From Octopus sinensis (lineage: Eukaryota): DNA of 64,000 bases. Positions 1 through 12,629 of the stretch are shown here, piece by piece (within the stretch, counting starts at the first letter, position 1; the number at the start of each line of letters is the position of its first letter). The DNA is taken from positions 1 to 64,000 of the forward strand of contig NW_021831839.1 in NCBI RefSeq assembly GCF_006345805.1, written 5' to 3'. A model generated the notes under the pieces. It made no database searches, was not told where the DNA came from, and was given only the letters and a program-made list of their open reading frames with translations. The translations under genes and the position numbers were made by a program.

Positions 1-332
1 AAATAGTTCCATAAGATGGGGAACAATTAGGTTGTCATAAGGGAGTCCAACTTTGATAGAAATAAGCATTCTTGACTGCTATTTCTATTTTTTCGGTATG
101 CGGTCAAGCAACCTGTTTTGCCTGTCCCTTTTTCTTATATACAATATATACTGAACTTTACAGAAGTTCCTGCCGGTAATCGGCTATATTTACATACCGA
201 ATTCTACCAGTAAATAATTGGGGTTTTTTCAAAAGCCTTTATAGAAATTATTTACTCTTATTATTATATTACTATTTGGATTTTTCACTCCCTTATGACA
301 ACCTAATTGTTCCCCAATTTATGGAACTATTT
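1..332. mobile_element. Inverted-repeat-bounded element (MITE/foldback-like), left end cut by the window start
   Basis: 1-45 is the reverse complement of 288-332 (2 mismatches) and an exact reverse complement of 932-976. Confidence 0.6.
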
Positions 333-1968
333 TTGTAATGCGCATGGCAAAATTTTGGAGGGAAGATTTATGAATTCAAACGTCTATGTAGGTTTAGCTT
401 TTGCTCACTTTCTTCAAATATTTTGATGTCGCATGGTCAGAAGGTTTGAGGTACGTAGCATTTGATAAATCTATGATAAATCTTTTTCAATGGAAAGCTG
501 TGCTGAAGAAGGATGTGAAATATATATGCAATGTATATGAAATATATATCAAAAATATATATGGAATATATATTCAATATGTTTATAATCCAGAACATGA
601 TGTTCACAGATAACCGCCAGACTTCGTATTCGTTATCTATTCCTTCTGTTTTGCATATGTGAATTACAGGGTCTGTCATGCCCGGAGTCCAACTTTGATA
701 GAAATAAGCATTCTTGACTGCTATTTCTATTTTTTCGGTATGCGGTCAAGCAACCTGTTTTGCCTGTCCCTTTTTCTTATATACAATATATATACTGAAC
801 TTTACAGAAGTTCCTGCCGGTAATCGGCTATATTTACATACCGAATTCTACCAGTAAATAATTGGGGTTTTTTTAAAAGCCTTTATAGAAATTATTTACT
901 CTTATTATTATATTACTATTTGGATTTTTCACTCCCTTATGACAACCTAATTGTTCCCCATCTTATGGAACTATTTTTGTAATGCGCATGGCAAAATTTT
1001 GGAGGGAAGATTTATGAATTCAAACGTCTATGTAGGTTTAGCTTTTGCTCACTTTCTTCAAATATTTTGATGTCGCATGGTCAGAAGGTTTGAGGTACGT
1101 AGCATTTGATAAATCTATGATAAATCTTTTTCAATGGAAAGCTGTGCTGAAGAAGGATGTGAAATATATATGCAATGTATATGAAATATATATCAAAAAT
1201 ATATATGGAATATATATTCAATATGTTTATAATCCAGAAACATGATGTTCACAGATAACCGCCAGACTTCGTATTCGTTATCTATTCCTTCTGTTTTGCA
1301 TATGTGAATTACAGGGTCTGTCATGCCCGGAGTCCAACTTTGATAGAAATAAGCATTCTTGACTGCTATTTTTATTTTTTCGGTATGCGGTCAAGCAACC
1401 TGTTTTGCCTGTCCCTTTTTCTTATATACAATATATATACTGAACTTTACAGAAGTTCCTGCCGGTAATCGGCTATATTTACATACCGAATTCTACCAGT
1501 AAATAATTGGGGTTTTTTTAAAAGCCTTTATAGAAATTATTTACTCTTATTATTATATTACTATTTGGATTTTTCACTCCCTTATGACAACCTAATTGTT
1601 CCCCATCTTATGGAACTATTTTTGTAATGCGCATGGCAAAATTTTGGAGGGAAGATTTATGAATTCAAACGTCTATGTAGGTTTAGCTTTTGCTCACTTT
1701 CTTCAAATATTTTGATGTCGCATGGTCAGAAGGTTTGAGGTACGTAGCATTTGATAAATCTATGATAAGTCTTTTTCAATGGAAAGCTTTGCTGAATATA
1801 TATTCAATATGTTTATAATCCAGAAACATGATGTTCACAGATAACCGCCAGACTTCTGTTTTGCATATGTGAATTACAGGGTCTGTCATGCCCGGAGTCC
1901 AACTTTGATAGAAATAAGCATTTTTGACTGCTATTTTTATTTTTTCGGTATGCGGTCAAGCAACCTGT
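42..1968. repeat. Tandem array of a ~645-bp unit (3 copies plus a partial fourth)
   Basis: GGAGTCCAACTTTGATAGAAATAAGC recurs at 42, 684, 1329 and 1894. Copies are near-identical. Copy 3 has two internal deletions and copy 4 runs into (TA)n. Confidence 0.97.
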
Positions 1969-1970
1969 TC

Positions 1971-1972
1971 TT

Positions 1973-1999
<27 letters not shown>
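1971..1999. repeat. (TA)n microsatellite
   Basis: Direct reading. Confidence 0.99.
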
Positions 2000-2003
<4 letters not shown>

Positions 2004-2028
2004 AATATGTTACATTACTCGGTAGTCA

Positions 2029-2091
2029 AGATAAAACTCTGAGTTTCAGATGCCGAAGTGGAAATCCACAACACCATCTCTTCGGTTATCT
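2029..2091 (-). ncRNA. Type I hammerhead-ribozyme-like motif (variant core) in a probable PLE terminal fragment
   Basis: Minus strand reads AGATAA-CCGAAGA-GATG...CATC-T-GAAA-CTC-A-GAG-TT-TTATCT. Stems I, II and III are in register. Deviations: U4C and an extra T before GAAA. Confidence 0.5.
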
Positions 2092-2409
2092 GGCTATTTG
2101 AAAACGCTAGGAAAAAATACCGTTAAATAAAGGGAAATTACTCTGTTATAACTCTGTTTGCTCGCATTTTTCGTCATAAAAATTATATAAAAATACATAA
2201 AAAATATATAAAAATATATAAAAATATATAAATTCTTCTTGGGACATAACATAGAAAGCATGTTCTGTCTGTTTTCTTTAGGGGACCAAAAACGTAACAG
2301 AAATTTAGTCACACGTGGGCATGATCCGAAAAGCTCTGTCCTTGTATTTAGACATGTAGTAGGGTCTAAGCTGCTTTTCCAGATAAGCCAACTCTCCATG
2401 TCGCATAGA

Positions 2410-4498
2410 CCGCACCTTCCGCTGCTGTTGGTATAGGGCTTACATCTGGCCAAAATCTTCCATTGTATGTTATAAAGGCAGCACTCGCAGAACCACCAAA
2501 GTTGGAAGAAGTTGCAATGGCTGTCTCAGTGTTGAATAATGGGAAGTTTCCGGGTATGGATGGCATACATGCGGAGTTGTTACAGTATGGTGGTGAGAAA
2601 CTTCTGCAGAAACTTCACTCTTTGTTTGGTAAGATATGGACTAGTGAATCTGTACCTGAGGACTGGAGAGATACAGTAATGGTGGTCCTGTATAAGGGAA
2701 AGGGCAACAGGAATGATTGGGGTAATTATAGGGGAGTATCATTGCTGTCTGTCGTAGGAAAGGTTTTATGCATGGTACTAAAGATCGTCTGCTGAAATAC
2801 GTTGCAGACTGTGTTCTTCAAGAAAGTCAATCTGGCTTTCGTGTGGGATGTGGCACTACTGATATGATCTTTTCAGCTAGACAGCTTCAGGAGAAGTGAG
2901 GAACAGGGTCTGGATTTGTATCAGTTTTTTGTAGATCTGACAAAAGCCTTTGATACCGTCAATAGAAAAGCATTGTGGAAAGTCCTCCAGAAACTTGGGT
3001 GTCCTGAAAAGTTCCTTGCTTTGGTTAGGTCTTTTCATGAAGACATGAATGGTAGGGTGAATGTTAGAGGGAAAATGTCGGAGGCCATTGCAATACAAAA
3101 TGGAAATAGGGGGATATCCTGGCACCGACTCTATTTGCCATATATTTTGCGATGGTGTTCTGTATTGCATTCAGAAACTACAGATACGGTGTTTACATCC
3201 ATTATCGAACCTCTGGCAGCATATTTAATATCAGGCACTTTGCTGCGAAAACAAAGGTATTTACCTCTATCATGAGAGACCTTTTGTATGCAGATGATTG
3301 TGATCTAGTAGCACACACAGAGATTGATATGCAACACATTTTTAATGCATTCTCAGATGCTTGCACTGCCTTAGGATTGACAGTCAATCTCAAGAAAACT
3401 GTTGTCATACATCAATCTGCCCCTGGTAAGCAGTATAGTGTACCAAATATCTATGTGTATGTTAAACGACTTGATGTAGTTGATCAGTTTGTCTACCTGG
3501 GAAGCACTATTAATAGATATAGCAATTTGGATGATGAAATTCCACATAGAATTAGGAAAGCAAGTGTTGCTTTCGGAAGGGTAGAAAAGCGCCTCTGGAG
3601 TCGCGAGACATATGCAGAAAGACAAAAAAAAAGTTGTACAAGGCATGTGTGCTCCCTTCTCTTCTCTATGACTGCGAGACGTGGGTCACCTATCGATACC
3701 ACCTTAAACAACTGGAACGTTTCCATCAGATTTGTTTCAGACGGATCTATGGCATCAAGTGGAAGGACCGCATCAGTGATCTTCAAATATTGGAAGGCTC
3801 TCGGTGTGAAAGTGTAGAAGCTCTTGTGTTAAAGCGAAGGCTCAGATGGAGTGGTCATCTGGTCAGGATGAAGGATTCAAGGATGCCAAAACAACTCTTT
3901 TATGGAGAGTTAGCTAAAGGAGAACAACCTCCACATAAATGAAAAAAAAAGGATATCTCTCCTGACACATGGGAGGACATAGCTATTGACCATAGTAGGT
4001 AGAGAAGAGTTGTGCATGAGGGGACAGCTACTTTTGAGAAATCTTGAGTTGGGCATCAGAAAGCGAGGAGGGATGTCAGGAAGAGCATTGCAGTGGCACT
4101 GCCAGACAGTAAAGATCTCCTTATGATGTTGAAATGCACTGTCTGTGAAAGACCCTGCCTCAGTAATGCTGGACTCAAGAGTCATCTTCGTAGTCATAAA
4201 GCAAGACCAATGATTGACTACCAGGCCACTGGTGGTGGTGCTACACACCATACTAATCATATCTTTCAGGCATGTGGAAGGGAGTGTGATTTGGCGGGAG
4301 GACTAAAACGACATGCAAAGGTACATGAAGCCCAATTACAACTACAGCCAGCATTGCCAATAAAGGTTTTAGCTACCAATTCTGTACAAGACATAGTAGA
4401 TCTTTAGCTGGACTGAAAAGTCACATTTGATCACAGCACCATTAACAACTAAGCCTCGTGCAATGGCCATACTCGATTACGAGGAGGCAGCCATCATG
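2410..4498 (+). mobile_element. RTE-clade LINE, 5'-truncated and frameshifted
   Basis: RT motifs FPGMDGIHAE, FVDLTKAFD, LLYADDCDL, YLGS, RLRWSGH. C-terminal C2H2 fingers (CTVCERPCLSNAGLKSHLRSH; CGRECDLAGGLKRHAKVH). Short-repeat tail near 4500. Confidence 0.93.
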
Positions 4499-4789
4499 TA
4501 TGTATGTATTATGTATGTATAATATCTTTACCTGTATGTATATAAACATTTACGTATATGTATGTGCACGTATTACTTGGTAAACTTCTTGATTGTTTTA
4601 CATATTTTGATAGCGCTCTTGATTACTTGTAATCTTTTGATTAGGTGTGTTCTTTCTGACTTTATGTGCTTCCAAAACCCTTGATAGAAATATAGAACCA
4701 TATTCTGGATCGATTAAAAGCAGATTTCTCATCCATTCAACTCAGATGTGTTCTCTTTTACTCATCTTTAATATTATGTTAACAACAAT

Positions 4790-4905
4790 GGCAAATACGA
4801 CTGGAGTCTGGTGCAGTCCTTCATCTCACCAGTCCTGGTCAAAACATCCAACTCATGCCAGCACAGACAACAGATGTTTAAATGATGATGATAATGATGA
4901 TGAAC
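4790..4905 (+). mobile_element. Decayed RTE-X 3' tail with (GAT)n end
   Basis: Similar to 62670-62777 (CTGGAG.CTGGTGCAG...CCAAC.CATGC.AGCA...AAA.GATGATG). Confidence 0.75.
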
Positions 4906-4989
4906 TACTGAGTGACTGATTACAAGTGTGTAGATCATTAAATCTGGTCGGTTAAGTTTACATTTTGTTAGTCTATAAGAACATTCCAT

Positions 4990-5560
4990 TAGGATTCTTT
5001 CATATTCTGTTGGATTATATTCTCCATATCTCAGTAGCTTCTTGTATTAGTATCCTCAGGATTATTATTTCTATGGAAGTTTTTTCTAATGATTTGGGTG
5101 GTCTATATCCTTTTTGTCAATTTTATTCCTCAAGCAGTTGTTATTTCTGGTTCTAGTATTGCAAAAGCGTATCCTTTAAAGTAAGAGTTAATATCTTGTT
5201 GTTAATAACTCTGGTTATCAGTGCTGGTGTTACTTTGAAGATTTCTTTGAACATAGCTGTGTATGGCTTTTTTTTGTGATGTGTATACAGCTTCTCTTCT
5301 CAAGATTTGTTGAAGTAGAGTTTTTCGACTTCTCTGGGTGTGTATCCCTGATCATAGGTCAGAGAATACTTTCTTAAAAGCTCCTTTCAAACTCTTATGA
5401 TGTTATCTGCCTCGTATATGTAGCCACAATCCATAGCTAAATTTCAACATCTGGTGGTCAGTAGAAGCTGTTGAAGGGATATGATGTGACATTCAAATGC
5501 TGTTTAAATTGATTCTAAGCATCTGCAGCTTTAATTTTATTTTAAGTAAAAGCAGTCTAT
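4990..5560 (-). mobile_element. Penelope-like element remnant (RT C-terminal region)
   Basis: Minus-strand peptides CGYIYEADNIIR, DQGYTPREVEKL and KGYRPPKSLEK resemble the region after the PLE RT core. Heavily decayed. Confidence 0.4.
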
Positions 5561-5689
5561 GTCAGTTTTTCTATAAATTAACAATTTGGTGTCTTCAACA
5601 TCAATAATTGAGATCTTATCTAGCATCTAGTTAAGAAGTCCAAATGTTGATATGAGTACCAGTATGGTTTACATATTAGGGGTAATGGC

Positions 5690-8600
5690 TACCCTGTTGT
5701 ACAACAGGACAGACAAAATACAATTCCTCCAGATTTCATGCTCTGCCTGGACAGGGCAGTGCATTTCAGCCATGGAAAACCCTCCGGACTGGGTATGCAT
5801 GGGTGAAAAAGTTACCCTCTGAGTTCAAGCAGAGGATAAAAAAGGTCACTTGCTTCGAATGTGGAAAAAAAGGTCACATTCGAAGCGATTGTGAAATAAA
5901 AAAGAAGAGGAGGAAAAGAAGAAAAAAAGATAAAAAAACTCTTACAGACACCAGTCCCCACAACTATTCAAAACATCCCCAAACCCACACCTACACTAGC
6001 TCACACAAAAACAAATGCTCCCAATCTCCCTGTTGTGGTGCCACCTCCAAACAAAGTAATGAAAAGACCCAACCCCAGCATACACAAACCCCCACATTAA
6101 TAAAAAAAACCCGCCTACCTGATTTCTGAGGCACCTTGTATTTCAAACACAACATCCCCAGACGACACCATGGAGATGTCCAAAGGGGAATTCACAACAA
6201 TTCGCAAACATTTACATGCACCTTCCCCACCCACATCCCCACGGGAAAAAAGACAACCCTACACCACAGATAACAAAAATAAGACCCCACTCCATCGCCC
6301 CAGAAAAAAACACAAAAGAATGAAGAAACAATTTTAATCGAATATGACTCTAAAGACAATTACTTGGAAGGACAAATTCCACAACACATTACGGTGAAAC
6401 TTTTGAATCTAAATGACACACATATGAATCGTGCCTGGATGGGGGAAAACCTATTCAGGCAGATGAAGGATAGGCATCTGAGAGGCATCAGGAGGGTCAA
6501 AGACCAACCCGAATGCCTGGAGAAGGACAGAAAGGAGGAGGCTGACTCACGTTTGGTGAGATTGGCCCCAGAATCTCCAAGTAAGGGTAAGTAGAGCCTT
6601 TGTTTTTTTCTCCCAGGTTTATGGTTTCACTTAACTTGGGGTGCTTAAATGTACATGGTCTGAGCTTGAAGTGGAAGCAAGCTTGCCTCCTCGATGACCT
6701 CAGATCACATGATATACATGTGATGGTTGCTACAGAGACCAAGCAGGACAGTTTGAAAACCTTCTTGCCCCTCCTGAATGGCTATGAAAAAACTATGTCT
6801 CCTAGCCAGACTGGAAGTCGAGGGGGTGTAGTAGTACTTGTCTGAAAAGGCTTGACTCTGCAGACAAGTACAGTCTATGTGGACTCTGAAGGTGGGCTGG
6901 TCGTTCTTGATATGAGGTACAGTGGTAGATCCTTCAGGTTGATCGGAATCTATGCACCCTGTGCTAGAGGATTGCAAACAAATTTTTATCAACGCCTAGA
7001 GACCTTTCTCATAACGTCAAAGACATTAATGGTGTTAGGTGACAATAATGCTCTCGTTGATGCACGCATTGACAGTGTTGGCTCAATTGATAGGAAAATG
7101 AACTCACGTCTCATAGATCTGCTTAAGCGATTTCAGCTAGAGGATTGTTACAGACTTGACCATCTGAATGTCCCAGAGTGAACCTGGATGAATGGCGATA
7201 GAAAGTTCAAGTCTTACTTAGATAGGATAGTGATAAGAGCTAGAGATAAGGCTAGCTTTATTTGTCCACATCTTGTTCAAGTATCCTACACGGACCATAG
7301 AATGGTTAAGTGTAAGCTGAACATAGATAGTGCAGTTAAGAGAGGATCCGGTTACTGGAAGCTGAACAAGTCTATTTTGACTTGTGAAGCATGCCGTAGT
7401 CAGATTAAGGAATTAGTATAGAGAGCGTTAACTGGCTCTGTGGTTAATAACTGATGGTTAATAACTGAATTAATGTTGCCAGATAAGCCCGTACGGTAGA
7501 AACCCAGTGTGGCAATGATGCCACAATTAGGTCTCTGACTGATGATAGTTGGAGTTCAGTCGAAAGACAGGACGAGATGTGTGAGGCACTTTACGAACAC
7601 TTTGCTGAGTTGTTCGGGATGAGTGGGAAGCTGGATCATGATGAGGCCCTTAGGGGCTTCCTGTCTGGTGGCCCATGTCTCTCGGTGTGAGAAGCTGAGT
7701 GCTGTGAAGGGTCAATCACAGCCGAGGAGGTGATTGAGGTGCTGGAAGGTGATCCCGGGCAGGTTGATCCGTGACAATCTCCATCTTCAATGTTACACCT
7801 TAGAGAGGGTAGGGAATCTTTCTGGCACAGGAGGGGCACTGGTACATTTAGACCAGTCTAAAGCGTTTGATAGGGTCGACCATCGGTACTTGGCAGTAGT
7901 CCTTGGAAAGGCTGGCCTAGGCCCAACCTTCCATGGTTGGATTGCTGCTTTGTACAGCAACATCGATTCTGCAGTCAAAGTAAATGGATTCTTCTCGAAA
8001 CCATTCAGGATCGAACTCTCAGTGCGTCAGGGGTATCCCCTGTCTCCGCTTTTGTATGTACTGGCTCTTGAGTGATTGCTGCAGAAGCTGGAAGCACTAG
8101 GAGGCACACCGAATGATCTGTGGTGTGGAGGTGGAGCTACAGTGTATGTGGATGACATCTCCATCATTGTGGTGGATGAGAGCCAGCTTCCAGTGGTGGA
8201 AGAGGCCATCAAAAGTTATGAGGTGGTGGCGGGAACAAAGGTTAACAAGGACAAGTCAGTCGGTTTGCAACTCAGCACGTGGAGAGGCAAGCCGATGTCG
8301 TCCAATAATGTTGTAGGGCATTGGACAGAAGGTCCTGTTAAGCTGCTTGGCGTCTGGTTTGGACCAGACCTCCAGATAGAGAAATATTGGAGTGAGGTAG
8401 CCAGTAAGGTGACTGCTCTGACCCAGACTTAGTCTGGGCAGATGTTATCCTTGCTAAGGGAGGTGGAGTTGGTGTAGATGTTTATAGCATCTGTTATCAC
8501 CTACCGTCTGACCATGGTGCCTTGCCCTGATTTGTGGCTGAACAAGTTGGAGAGAATCTTTTTCTGCTTTCTGTGGAAAGGAGGAAAGCCTCTTGTGAAG

Positions 8601-9718
8601 CGCTCTGTCTGCTGCCAGAAGCCACTGAAGGGTGAGCTAGGGATGCCTTTTCTGAGGATGAAAAATTTGTGTTACAGCTGAGGCACCTCTGGATTTACCT
8701 GGATGGAGAACAGGTGTGGTAACTGCACGTCTGGTTCTACCTTCCGAGGTTAAAGTCCTTAACAAACACTGGTACATGGATCAAGCAGAGACCTAAACTA
8801 GGGGATTGGCATTTGGAGTGACATAAGGCACTCTCGGGCAGACAATGCCGGCAGCAGAAGTTCCACCACAGATTTTTATAGTGGGTTAGAGGGATTAATG
8901 TCTGAAGACGCCTTGGGGGAGACCCTGGGCTACGATGAAAATCAGTTGATCAACCTGTTCAGGAGAACATTCGGGACAGGGTATCTGGATAATTACCAGA
9001 AATCCCTTGCTTGGCAGTGCTTCCATGTGGTGTTACTGGTTCGTGATAAGCTTTCAAGGCACGGAAGTGCCACCTCACCATCATGTTCGAGATGTGGGCA
9101 GGACAGGGAAACCATCTTGCAATGCATTCGTGGGATGTCCGCAATTATCGGGATTGATAGCTTTCACAGAACGACTGTTGTCATCGATGGGAAGAGTACA
9201 GCTATCAGCTGAATCCATCATCAAGATTGTGCTGCTTTCTTCTCTTAGCAGGGAAAGGAAGGCCTGTTTTTATGGTGTGGTAGCCATTTTAAAAGAAACG
9301 GTATGGAAGACACATGTGAAAGGGATTGTGATGGGTACTTTTGTATCTGACTAAGGGTTGGTCAAATTTTTTAGTTACCACCTCAACAGCAAGATCAGGC
9401 TGGGGAAGCAGTACCTGTCACGTGAGAAATTCGAGATGAGATGGAAGCCTGTGGTAAGAAAGCTGGGAGTGATTGGCACCAAGTATGTGGAGAGCTGGAA
9501 GAAAAGCAAAGGCCCCACCCTGATGTCAGATGCCTTTCTTTCGGTGTCACATTGCATAACGCAATGTATTTTATATTATTTTATTTTTAATTATTCGCCT
9601 TTTTCATATTTTTAATCAATTCATAACAACGCTTTAAGCTACTTCACTATTCTATGTTTGTCTGTCCTTGTTTGTCCCCTTTGTATTATGCCTACATGGC
9701 AAATTTATTGAAATAAAG
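5690..9718 (+). mobile_element. Tx1/L1-clade LINE copy 1, decayed, 5'-truncated, with internal deletions
   Basis: ORF1 zinc knuckle CFECGKKGHIRSDC. APE motifs (GCLNVHGL, ATETK, YLDRI, YTDH, GSGYWKLN). RT motifs (LDQSKAFDRVDH, RQGYPLSP, YVDDI). T-rich 3' UTR ending AATAAA at about 9713. Confidence 0.92.
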
Positions 9719-10092
9719 TAGCTTCCTTACCAACCACATGGTTTCTGGTTCAGTCCCACTGAGTGGCACCTTGGGCAAGTGTTTCTACTATAGCCTCAGG
9801 CCGACCAAAGCTTTGTGAGTGGATTTTGTAGATGGAAACTGAAAGAAGCCCATCGTATATATGTATATGTATATATATGTGTGTTTGTGTGTGTCTCCAC
9901 CAACATTGCTTGACAACCGATGCTGGTGTGTTTACGTCGCTGTAACTTAGCAGTTCAGCAAAAGAGACCGATAGAATAAGTACTGGGCTTACAAAAGAAT
10001 AAGTCCTGAGGTTGATTTGCTCATCTAAAGGTGGTGCTCCAGCATGGCCACAGTCAAATGACTGAAACAAGTAAAAGAGTAAAAAGAGTAAA
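9717..10092 (+). mobile_element. tRNA-derived SINE (CORE-like, octopus type), head slightly truncated
   Basis: B-box-like GGTTCAGTCCC, CORE-like GGCACCTTGGGCAAGTG, internal (TA/TG) tract, tail CAGTCAAATGACTG followed by (GTAAAAGA)n. Inverse homolog at 48425-48828. Confidence 0.88.
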
Positions 10093-10669
10093 AGTCATAT
10101 AAATACATACATAGAGCTGCAACTGCGTGTATGTATGTGTGCATGTGCGTGTGTATGTATGTGTGTGTGAGTGTGTACACTGATGGATTTCAGGGTTTTG
10201 CCTATAGAGGAGTTGATTACTTAATTTCACTGGAGTATAAATACCTTTAATGGCGATACTTTTAAAAAAATTAATTCAGTTCAATTAAAAAGCATGGGCA
10301 AGCAACACATTACAATCTACACTATAGTTTATGAAAAATATAATCTGTGCATAGGATATGCATTGCCCCTCCAATGCCTTTATTTTTCATTATATAAGAT
10401 AATTGCTTTGTTCATTTGTCTCTTCCTGGGTGGTATATGTACCAATCACCTGTGACTCAACACTTACTACATATTACATTCAGTGACAGCTGACAAAGTG
10501 AATATTCAGAAAAACAATCACATTTATCTGTGTAGTAAATATTCCATATTTTGTTTTATGTGGTATATTTGAGTCCATTCTTTGCCCTCAAAGTGAGCTA
10601 AGATTGTACTTCCTGGGTTCATGTCTGAACTAAGATTATCCTGTCTGGGTTCAAGTGCATTTAATCTAC

Positions 10670-11975
10670 TTATAGACAGTAGGTTGTTGCTGTTAACTAG
10701 ATGACCTAATTAGTAGAGGAGTAGGATGTTCTGAAAGCACAGTTGCTAAAATTAGAAGTGAGTGAAGAAACTTCTGAGAGCTATTACCTCTGTTGGTATG
10801 AAAAAGCGTCTCTCTCAGACTGATATTGTGCATGAACAGCAATGCTAAATGGTAGTGAAACATAGTCCTCGAAAGCAGAAGACATGTAAAGGTTGCAAAG
10901 AAATGAAATTAGCATGCTTTACCAGATGTGCAAAGTCAATATGCAATATGCTACAAAGTGCAAATCTGCTGAGAGAAAAATTGGGTATAAGAGTTATCCG
11001 ATGTAGTGTGCAAGGAAGAAGACTACACTGGTATGGTACTGTGATGCACATTGATGTGCTAAATGTAGATGGAATTTATAGAAAAGGGAAACCCAGGAAG
11101 ATATGGGATGAAGTAATGAAGATCGATTTCATGATATTGAGCCTCATGCAAGAGATGATAAAAACAGAGATGACTGGTGACTTGCTGTGCTCAAGAAGAC
11201 CTTTTTATCTCAACCAAAAAAATGAGATTCTAAAAGCGTATTATATACGCCTATAACCCTACAAAACATCTGTCCCGATCAAACCTTTTCTACAACTCAT
11301 CTTTATAACATCAGCCGCTTCATCACTCTTTTAATTATAGCACTATTTACTCAAATACTGTAATTACAAGAGAACAAAGCTGCACATATTTCATCCAACT
11401 TTTGTTTTTGGCACCACTTCTCTTGTCAACCATCTTTTATTCGCAATATTACCTCTTACCACTATATTTTCCACTGAATGCCCCATTAACCCTAAACAGC
11501 TTTGCATATTAATTTTGACTTTTATATACCTCTGTACAGTACTCACCTCTCTCTCCAACTCCACACGCTTCACATCATCTCTCTATTTCTCTCCACAACT
11601 GACCCTTTAAGTATTGCCACTTATCACCTCATCTTCCCTGATCCATTCCTATTTTCCTTCACTTCTTTCCAAACTGAAATTCAGAATTGAGTTACTTTGT
11701 GGCCTCATTAGTGACAATACTCTTAAAAGAACATCCAGTACACTCTGTGAAATGACTGGCAATAGGAAGGACACCCATCTGTAGAAACTGTCGTAAAAAG
11801 CAGACATTGGCATTCAACACAATCCTCTGGCTTATCAGATTCTGCCAAACAGTTCAACTAATGACAGCATGGAAGACAAACGTAAAATGACGATGATACT
11901 GATAATAATGATGGTGATGATGATGGGGAGGATGATGATGGTGATGATAACAATGATGAGGATGATGGTGATTTC
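10670..11975 (+). mobile_element. Decayed RTE-X LINE 3' part with expanded (GAT)n tail
   Basis: Peptide REKLGIRVIRCSVQGRRLHWYG...RKGKPRKIWDEVMK matches the C-terminus at 61396-62061. Tail motif at 11720-11890, then a GAT-rich run. Confidence 0.8.
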
Positions 11976-12149
11976 AGAACCGTCTGAAGGTAACCTAAGC
12001 TTCGCCGGTCTGTTTGATAAACGAGAGCCAGCTTTGAGATGCGGAATTGGGGATAGTGTAAAAAGAATAACTCCTGAAAATGAGAAAGAGGTGGGTGGAG
12101 GTGAACAAAAACGAAATTAGAGAGCCAAAAATAAAGACAAGAATTATGG

Positions 12150-12603
12150 TGTAGTGACACTTCTGTGTAAGTTTCAGTGCACATGCGCAGAATTGGATTA
12201 CCTCCGGTTGGCCACCAGAAGTTTCCTCATGCGCATGCGCAGGAACTTCAACCTGAAAGCGTGACCACTAAATCGGTCTTTCTAGCAGAGCAGAGCTAGC
12301 GATCGGACGTGGCTCGACTTCTCTCAGGGAACACCCTACGCACAGAGAAGCTCCCACTTCGAAGCGGAACGAACACCGTATCTTCTTGGCTCACACGAGT
12401 GAACATTGTAAACAGTCCTGTGGACTCGGCTGCCAGTTTCCCCACAAGAAATACATATGTATATGTTTTACCTGTGAACCGCAGAATAAACTACTATTGT
12501 TGTTATTGAAGACAGCCTGACTTTGGTTCCGTATCTTCAACTTGTATGTGACAAGATCAGACCGGACACCCCACCAGTGTTCCTGAACTCTCATCCTGTT
12601 ACA
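12150..12603 (+). mobile_element. Isolated LTR (probably Gypsy-type solo LTR)
   Basis: Begins TGTAGTGACA, ends GTTACA, has AATAAA at about 12486. Shares ordered motifs with the TSD-flanked LTR at 59500-60003. No matching TSD found (ATGG vs AGAG). Confidence 0.65.
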
Positions 12604-12629
12604 AGAGAAACAGAGAAAGAAAACAATAA

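Noticed and set aside
503-530. CTGAAGA...GAAA hammerhead-like string in each array unit
   Set aside because: Stem II has only one pair and the sequence after the putative cut site does not pair with stem I.
401-1245. Repeated 66-80 aa ORFs in the tandem array
   Set aside because: AT-rich, non-ATG starts, frames differ between copies, no recognisable domain.
11869-12120. Met-rich or Asp-rich ORF
   Set aside because: It is a translation of the expanded (GAT)n tail of an RTE-X element.
12229-12240. GCGCATGCGC (NRF1-like site) as a host gene promoter
   Set aside because: It lies inside the LTR-like segment and the same motif occurs in the LTR at 59500-60003.
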